DNA of 63,683 nucleotides, filler included, from Olpidium bornovanus S191 (Eukaryota; Fungi; Olpidiomycota), in the NCBI GenBank assembly GCA_017911155.1. It is 28 parts of 28 records of this genome, joined end to end, with 100 filler letters (N's around TTAATTAATTAA, not from the genome) between each part and the next. Parts side by side here need not be neighbours in the genome. Positions count along the whole stretch, not along the records: positions 60,827 to 62,233 come from JAEFCI010001883.1; positions 62,334 to 63,683 come from JAEFCI010011375.1; 26 more parts are not named here. One strand, written 5' to 3'. The position numbers and the translations under genes are program-made. Each line of letters starts with the position of its first letter. The stretch's first letter is position 1. Shown here piece by piece: positions 61,153 to 63,683 of this stretch. The notes beneath the pieces are model-generated. The model saw nothing but the letters and a program-made list of their open reading frames with translations, searched no databases and had not been told where the DNA came from.

Positions 61153-61761
61153 TGTGATCACGTGACCTCCCTACGTACATAAACACACACTGCTCTCCGG
61201 TCTCTCCCGTGCTCCTCCGTCCACAAATAAAACACGAACCGTCCGTCTTTACATTGTAGCAACGCCCTCTATCCAGGGCAACCCGCCATCCGCCACCTGC
61301 CGTCCACCATCCGCCGTCTGCCATCCGCGCCCCCCGCCATCCGCCGTCTGCCATCCGCCCCCCCCGCCATCCGCCGTCTGCCGTCCGCCGTCCGCCATCC
61401 GCCGTCTGCCATCCGCCATTCGCCGTCCGTCCGCTGCCCGCCACCCGTCACCACCGCTGCGCTCCGCCGCCGCCCCGTCTGCCATCCCCCATCTGCCATC
61501 CGCCACCACTGCGCTCCGCCGCAGCCGCGTTTGCCGCCGCTTTCCCCGCCGCCGTCGCGTAGCTCGCCGTCCGCCGTCGCGTAGCGTCCGCAACCGCCGT
61601 CCGCCGTCTGCCATCTGCGCCGCCCGCCATCCGGCGCCTGCCGTCCGCCGTTGTGGTGGGCCGCGCGGTAAAGTTGAGTTTATTTCTCTTCTTTTCGGGT
61701 TTATTTTGTTGTTTTAAACCAGGAAGAGGGGAAGGGCTACTTTCGCTGCACACACGAAATA
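61153..61761 (-). mobile_element. 3' LTR, family B (609 bp), preceded by a polypurine tract at 61762-61773
   Basis: On the minus strand: integrase stop, then AAAGAGAGGGGG, then TATTTCG...GGTCACGTGATCACA. It contains the GCCATCC/GCCGTCC array and is homologous to 24276-24715. Confidence 0.75.
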
Positions 61762-61771
61762 CCCCCTCTCT

Positions 61772-62233
61772 TTAGCCCCCGACATCCCCCTCCCTGAGGC
61801 CAGCGCCAGAGGCGATGGCATCGGCCTCGTCAGCCTCCTCAACGACAGGAAAGCCAGTCGGGGGCGCACCGGTCTGATGGAGCTTCAGGCGTCGGCCGGA
61901 AACTGCCGTCTCGAAAGGCTCGTGACTATCGACTCGGCAAAGGGCGAAGGAACCATTGCCGTAGACACAGGTGACAACGAAGGGTTTAATCCAGTCCGGC
62001 TCGAGTTTCCCGGTCCAGGTGGTTTCCTTCCACGATTCGTAACGGAGAACCAAGTCGCCCTCCTTTAACAGGGCGGACCGAACGCGCTGGCGTTGGCGCT
62101 TGAGCCAGCGTTCATGATCTTGATGAAGAAGCGTAACCAGTGTCTGATCCCGGGAAATTGCCAATTGCCGTAATGCCGCCAGGCGGCGTTCGTAAACATC
62201 GACTTGGTCGTCCACGCTCCCGACGATGAGCTC
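61772..62233 (-). mobile_element. Ty3/gypsy integrase C-terminal end
   Basis: LKEGDLVLRY...GKLEPDWIKPFVV...GNGSFAL...VSGRRLKLH is the typical SH3-like tail of gypsy integrase. Confidence 0.85.
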
Positions 62234-63683
62234 NNNNNNNNNNNNNNNNNNNNNNNNNNNNNNNNNNNNNNNNNNNNTTAATTAATTAANNNNNNNNNNN
62301 NNNNNNNNNNNNNNNNNNNNNNNNNNNNNNNNNGCAAGCAACACGAAGTTTTAGACTGACAGGTTGCGCATTCTGTCTGACGAACCTGTGCTTACCAAAG
62401 ATGTCGGTTCGAGTGTTAACTTCAAGTCATCCCGGTCTTTTGGTGTTTCTCATGTAAATCAGGACTGGAAATATCAAAACCTAACGCGTTGTTCTTGGCT
62501 CGTCGCACTCCCCGGTCGAACGCTGCGTCAAAAAAATGGCCAAAGAAGTTTTTGTCGCCCACCGAAACCGCCACGCCCGCTTCGGGGTCGAACCTTTTTT
62601 AGACCCGTGGCGTTAAATTGGTCGTCGACGGGCATGACAAGAATGCGACAGCATGCTTCTAATCGAATCTAAGCATTCACACCTTTTGATGAGCTGGCTT
62701 CGGCGCACAGCCCCCCATCGGTCACGCGGTTGGCCAACATCATGGTTGCCGCACAGCACTGCCGCGCGCGTGCGTTTCGTAGCAAAAGCGGGAGTGTCGC
62801 CCCATAGGCAGTCGGCGGTCCTGCAGAGCCGGACAAATGTTGGCATTCTGGAGCCAGTGTCCGAAAGCCAAGAGAGCCATGAGCTCGTGGGATTGCTGCC
62901 CGAGAGCGGACGGGATGGCATCCGAGCGGCTTTATGCCAAGCGTTGGGAAACAAAAAGGGTTCTCGGAAGTTGCGCAAGCCGCGCGCGTTTGGCCCGCGG
63001 GCCCGCCTTTATGACGACGGAAATGTCCATGTTTTTGATGAGGTCAGATATGTCTGCAACCACGATGGGGCAGATGGCGTCCAAGGCCGTTCTGCCTGAG
63101 CACCAGGGAGCGCATGCGACCGTGTTCCGCACGCGGGCGCGCGTCGCCTTGATGACGGGCGGAGTTTGTTGGCTTGGTGTCGATCGCGCCCGCTGGCGAC
63201 GTGGTCAGGCAGCGTCTACCGCGGCAAGTCGAAAAATCCAGGCCGGCCTTTAAAGCCGCTTGGGAGCGCGCCGGACCTTTGCTTTGGCACAGCAATCGCC
63301 GGCGGTTCGACATTGACCGCGCAATTCCAGTCAGGCGGTGCCGGCGCACAGCTGCGCTGATGGTCCGGCACCGTTGGTAAAAGCCATATCTGGGAGGACC
63401 CCCCTCCCCCCTCGTGGTCACGGGAAAGCTGGGCGCGCTGGGAATTCCTCTTGGAAAATCGCCGGGTTGTCTGCCGCCAATCGCACGTTTGGATCTAGGG
63501 AGCCCGTGATCGGCGGGGCGCGGGCAACGCCAAAAAAAAAAACAAAAAAAAAAAAAAATTGAAAGGGGCGTTGGCGTGACATTCATGGCGGGGCGCGGGT
63601 CGCGGTCGCTGTTTCGCATTCCGTCGCCAACCTCGCATGTCGGCGTGACAATTGCCGGCGTTTGCGCAGCCCGTGTATTGAGC

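Noticed and set aside
62334-63683. Minus-strand coding-like stretches (TALDAICPIVVADISDLIKNMDISVV; EPFLFPNAWHKAARM)
   Set aside because: They may be exons, but I could not identify a family or build a consistent gene model.
1-63683. The many Arg/Gly/Pro/Phe-rich ORFs in the six-frame track, and a search for rRNA and tRNA genes
   Set aside because: These ORFs are antisense or off-frame shadows of GC-rich exons, repeats and homopolymers. No rRNA or tRNA signature was found by eye; tRNAscan-SE and Infernal would be decisive.

Overview
This window is not one locus. It is 28 short contigs (about 1.2-4.3 kb) joined by an artificial 100-nt linker (N44-TTAATTAATTAA-N44), so adjacency across linkers says nothing about gene order. 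The DNA is GC-rich, intron-rich and eukaryotic. It most likely comes from a flagellated, early-diverging (zoosporic) fungus. Fungal-type genes (GET4, GET5, TFB4, SEN2, SPB4, PXA-type ABCD, VSB1-like, IVY1-like, Galpha, CK1, EXO1, TPA1/OGFOD1, QNG1, MRPL16) occur with axonemal dynein genes (DNAL1, WDR92) and with genes largely lost in Dikarya (SNRNP25, MICU1, KICS2). An Olpidium-like or chytrid-like source is my inference and was not tested. Several contigs are degenerate, nested transposons (Ty3/gypsy, Ty1/copia, Helitron, two LTR families). Most notable observations: (1) a copia-type protease-integrase followed directly by a chromodomain-like segment, a G-run and an LTR-like region, with no RT/RNase H; (2) minor-spliceosome evidence, namely SNRNP25, a GTATCCTT donor at the homology-required splice site of QNG1, and a second in-frame GTATCCTT donor inside an SNRNP25 intron; (3) KICS2 and MICU1 homologs; (4) a solo LTR with a clean 5-bp TSD whose removal restores a host reading frame; (5) a pair of unknown paralogs and an orphan two-exon gene; (6) frequent AAG acceptors; (7) strong enrichment of CATG at contig ends. 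No rRNA, tRNA or CRISPR array was recognised. All protein identities come from motif recognition by eye, not from database searches.
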